64,000 nucleotides of DNA from Ginglymostoma cirratum (Eukaryota). Where the stretch lies: NCBI GenBank assembly GCA_024137785.1, contig JAHRHZ010000140.1, positions 12,418,986 through 12,482,985 on the forward strand, written 5' to 3'. The notes below the pieces were generated by a model. The model was not told where the DNA came from. It made no database searches and was given only the letters and a program-made list of their open reading frames with translations. This document shows positions 61,430 through 64,000 of this stretch, piece after piece (positions within the stretch are counted from its first letter, which is position 1; each line of letters begins with the position of its first letter). The position numbers were made by a program, and so were the translations under genes.

Positions 61430-62400
61430 GCATCGAAAACAGAAGCAGGAATAGGCCATTTGGCCCCTCGAGCCTGCTCTGCCATTCAACATAGTCATGG
61501 CTGATCATCCTAATCCTGTTTTCACTCTATACCTCTTGATCCCTTTAGCCCTAAGACTTATGTCTAACTCGTTCATGGAAATTCAATATTTTTGCCTCAA
61601 CTGTTTTCTGTGGCAGATAATTCCGCAGGTTCACCACTCTCTGGATGAAGAAATTTCTCCCCATCTCAGTCCTAAACGGCTTATCCTGTATCCTTAAACT
61701 GTGATCCCAGTTCTGGACACCACAGTCACTGGGAAGATCCTTCCTCCATATACACTGTCAAGTCCTGTTAGAATTTTATAGGCTTCTACGAGATCCACCC
61801 TCGTTCTTTTAAACACCAGTGAATATATTCCTAGATAACAAGGTATGGGGCTGGATGAACACAGCAGGCCAAGCAGCATCATAGGAGCAGGAAAACTTTC
61901 TATATGATTCTGCTTGGCCTGCTGTGTTCATCCAGCCCCATACCTTGTTATCTCGGATTCTCCAGCATCTGCAGTACCTTTTGTCTCTGAATATATTCCT
62001 AGCTGGTCCAGTCTGTCTTCATACATCACTCCTGCCATCCTTGGAATCAGTCTAGTACACCTTCAAAGCACTCTCCCTCCACAGCCAGAACATCCTGAGT
62101 TGAGACCAAAACTGTACACAAAACTCCAGTTGTGATCTCACATGGGGCCTGTACAAATGCAACAAGACACCCCTGCTCCTGTACTCAAATCCTCTTGCTA
62201 GGCAGGCCAAATGACCATTTGCCTTCTTCACCGCCTGCTGCACCTAATTGCTTACTTTCAGTGATTGGTGTACAAGCACAACCAGCTTCCACTGCACTAC
62301 ACCCCCAATTTATTGCTGTTCAGATAATAATCTACTTCCTGTTTTTACTACTGAAGTGGATAACCTCACATTTATATAATTCATCTGTCATGCATTTGCC
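61430..62400 (-). mobile_element. Decayed CR1-clade LINE 3' fragment
   Basis: QQAVKKANG.LA..ARGFEYRSR.VLL.LYR..VRSQLEFCVQFWS; DLVEAYKILTGLD. Confidence 0.8.
61835..61987. mobile_element. ~150-bp hairpin mini-PLE with 15-bp TSD, nested in the CR1
   Basis: Near-perfect inverted arms; TSD TGAATATATTCCTAG at 61820-61834 and 61988-62002. Confidence 0.9.
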
Positions 62401-63467
62401 CAGTTTGACAATGGCTGAACAGGCTCATTTCTTCAACTCTCCCAGTCAGTAAATTTGCAATAAAGAGAGAATTGGTGAAAGAGATGACACATTTTCGAAT
62501 GCAGTAAACAGTCAACATTCACAACTGCAGCAGTCAGCAAGCGTCAAAGACTCCAAAAATCCAGACTGCTGAGAGGTTCAATCTCCGGAAGAAGGGGTAA
62601 TGCACAGGGTCCAAATGAGGGGAGAACATTCAAACCAGTGAGGACTGCTATTCAGTAACTCATGCTGAGTGTGCAAATGTAGGCATGTGGACATAAAGGA
62701 CCAAAATAGAACAGGTCCTGAACACACTTGGATCATGATGCCCCCTCCTCTATAAATTGCAGAGATGTGTGTAAGAACAAAGCCCACTTTACAGATGACC
62801 CAGACATTAAAGGCTGCATATAGCTGAGACAGACCACTTCATAGTCAGAGCCTATGCTGTGTTGAGGTAGCTGTTTTCAGACAGAATGAGTATACAACAA
62901 CAACCTGTACTTAAATTGCTACTTCAACATAGAAAAATGTCCCGAGGCACATCACAAGAGCGTGATCTAGCAAAAACTGACACTGAGTCACATAAGGAGA
63001 TATGAGGAGATGGTTCAAAGTTCAGAAAATGAGAGATGCTTTGAAGTTCATCTTAAAAGGAGGAGAGGGAGGCAGAGAGCTTTAAAGAGGAAATTCTGGG
63101 TTCTTGGGTCCAGGCAGCTGAAAGTACAATCATCACCGTGAGATGAAGCAAAGTCAGAACTGAGGAGCCCAGAATGGAGAGGGTTTTAGGGTTGGAGGAG
63201 GTTACAGAAGAAAGGGAGCTGGAAGCAGCTGGAGAACATAGGAAAGGCGAACAGGAGTAAGCCACACAGCTACTTGTACCTGCTTCACTCAACAAGATCA
63301 CAGACCTTGGTTCACAATCCCATTTTCCTGTTCAATTCCCATATCCATTATTTCGCATATCTGTTTATTTCCCTTTTCATCAGGTGAAGGGAAGGCTTGG
63401 ATTTGGCTGTGACTCACCCCAGTGGAGATTAGCTTGACTATCTTAAGTGTTCATGCACAGCGTTTGG

Positions 63468-64000
63468 AGACAGAAAGGACTGCAGATGCTGGAAGCTAGA
63501 GTCAAAAAATGAGAAGCTGGAAAAGCATAGCAGGTAGACAGCCGAGAAGCTGAAAAGTCAACGTTTTGGGTTGGAATCTTTCTTAAAGACTGTGGAGGGG
63601 GAGGGAAGCCCAGAAGTAAATAGAGGGAGCGGGGTGGGACTGGGGTGAGGGTAGGTGAGATGAAGATAGGTGGATGCAGGTAGGGGGCTACTGTAGTTGG
63701 TCAGTGGCAAGGGTGGAGCAGATAGGTGAGTCAGAAGGTGGACAGGTTGGGGGAGGAGTGATTTTAAAGCCGGTGAAGTCAATATTCAGGCCATTGGGCT
63801 GTAAGCTCCCGAGGCAAAATATGAGGTGTAGCACCTCTGCAGGGAAATGTACCGGGTGTGGTGGAGGGGTTGATGGGGAGTGTGGAGCTGACGAAGGAGT
63901 CGCAGAGTGAACAGTCCCTGTGGAGAGTGGACAGGGGTGGGGAGGGAAATATTTTGTTCGTGGTGGGTTCACATACCATCCCACCAGCCTTCAAATACAA
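63468..64000 (-). mobile_element. Decayed Penelope-like element 3' portion, running off the window
   Basis: HLIFCLGSLQPNGLNIDF; IFPSPPLST..RDCSLCDSFV; terminal tail ctccagcatctgcagtcc. Confidence 0.8.

Noticed and set aside
52923-64000. Further FBXW4 exons
   Set aside because: None recognised on reading; they probably lie beyond the window.

Overview
Vertebrate nuclear DNA. The repeat content (CR1 LINEs, Penelope-like elements, DeuSINE-type SINEs) points to a shark; this is inference. The window holds the conserved POLL-DPCD-FBXW4 block. POLL (DNA polymerase lambda, minus strand) has 7 coding exons at 18109-32407 and a probable non-coding first exon ending near 36018. DPCD (plus strand, 6 exons, 36259-45100, 203 aa) is head-to-head with POLL across a ~240-bp bidirectional promoter. 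The last two coding exons of FBXW4 (minus strand, 47998-52922) are tail-to-tail with DPCD. Most of the rest is decayed mobile DNA: CR1 and Rex1 LINEs, an internally deleted Gypsy LTR element, SINEs, and at least 14 Penelope-like elements (PLEs) or derivatives. The most notable system is a set of short non-coding PLE derivatives that carry minimal hammerhead-ribozyme motifs with a palindromic helix III. Several are built as inverted-repeat hairpins with 10-22 bp target-site duplications (TSDs); one encloses a copy of neighbouring intron DNA and one has a second PLE nested in it. Other oddities are a 1-nt deletion that puts the conserved POLL start codon out of frame, a duplicated DPCD exon 3 in intron 4, and a templated-insertion scar. 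Exon boundaries were read base by base; repeat boundaries are approximate. Comparisons to human proteins and exon lengths are from memory, not from a search.
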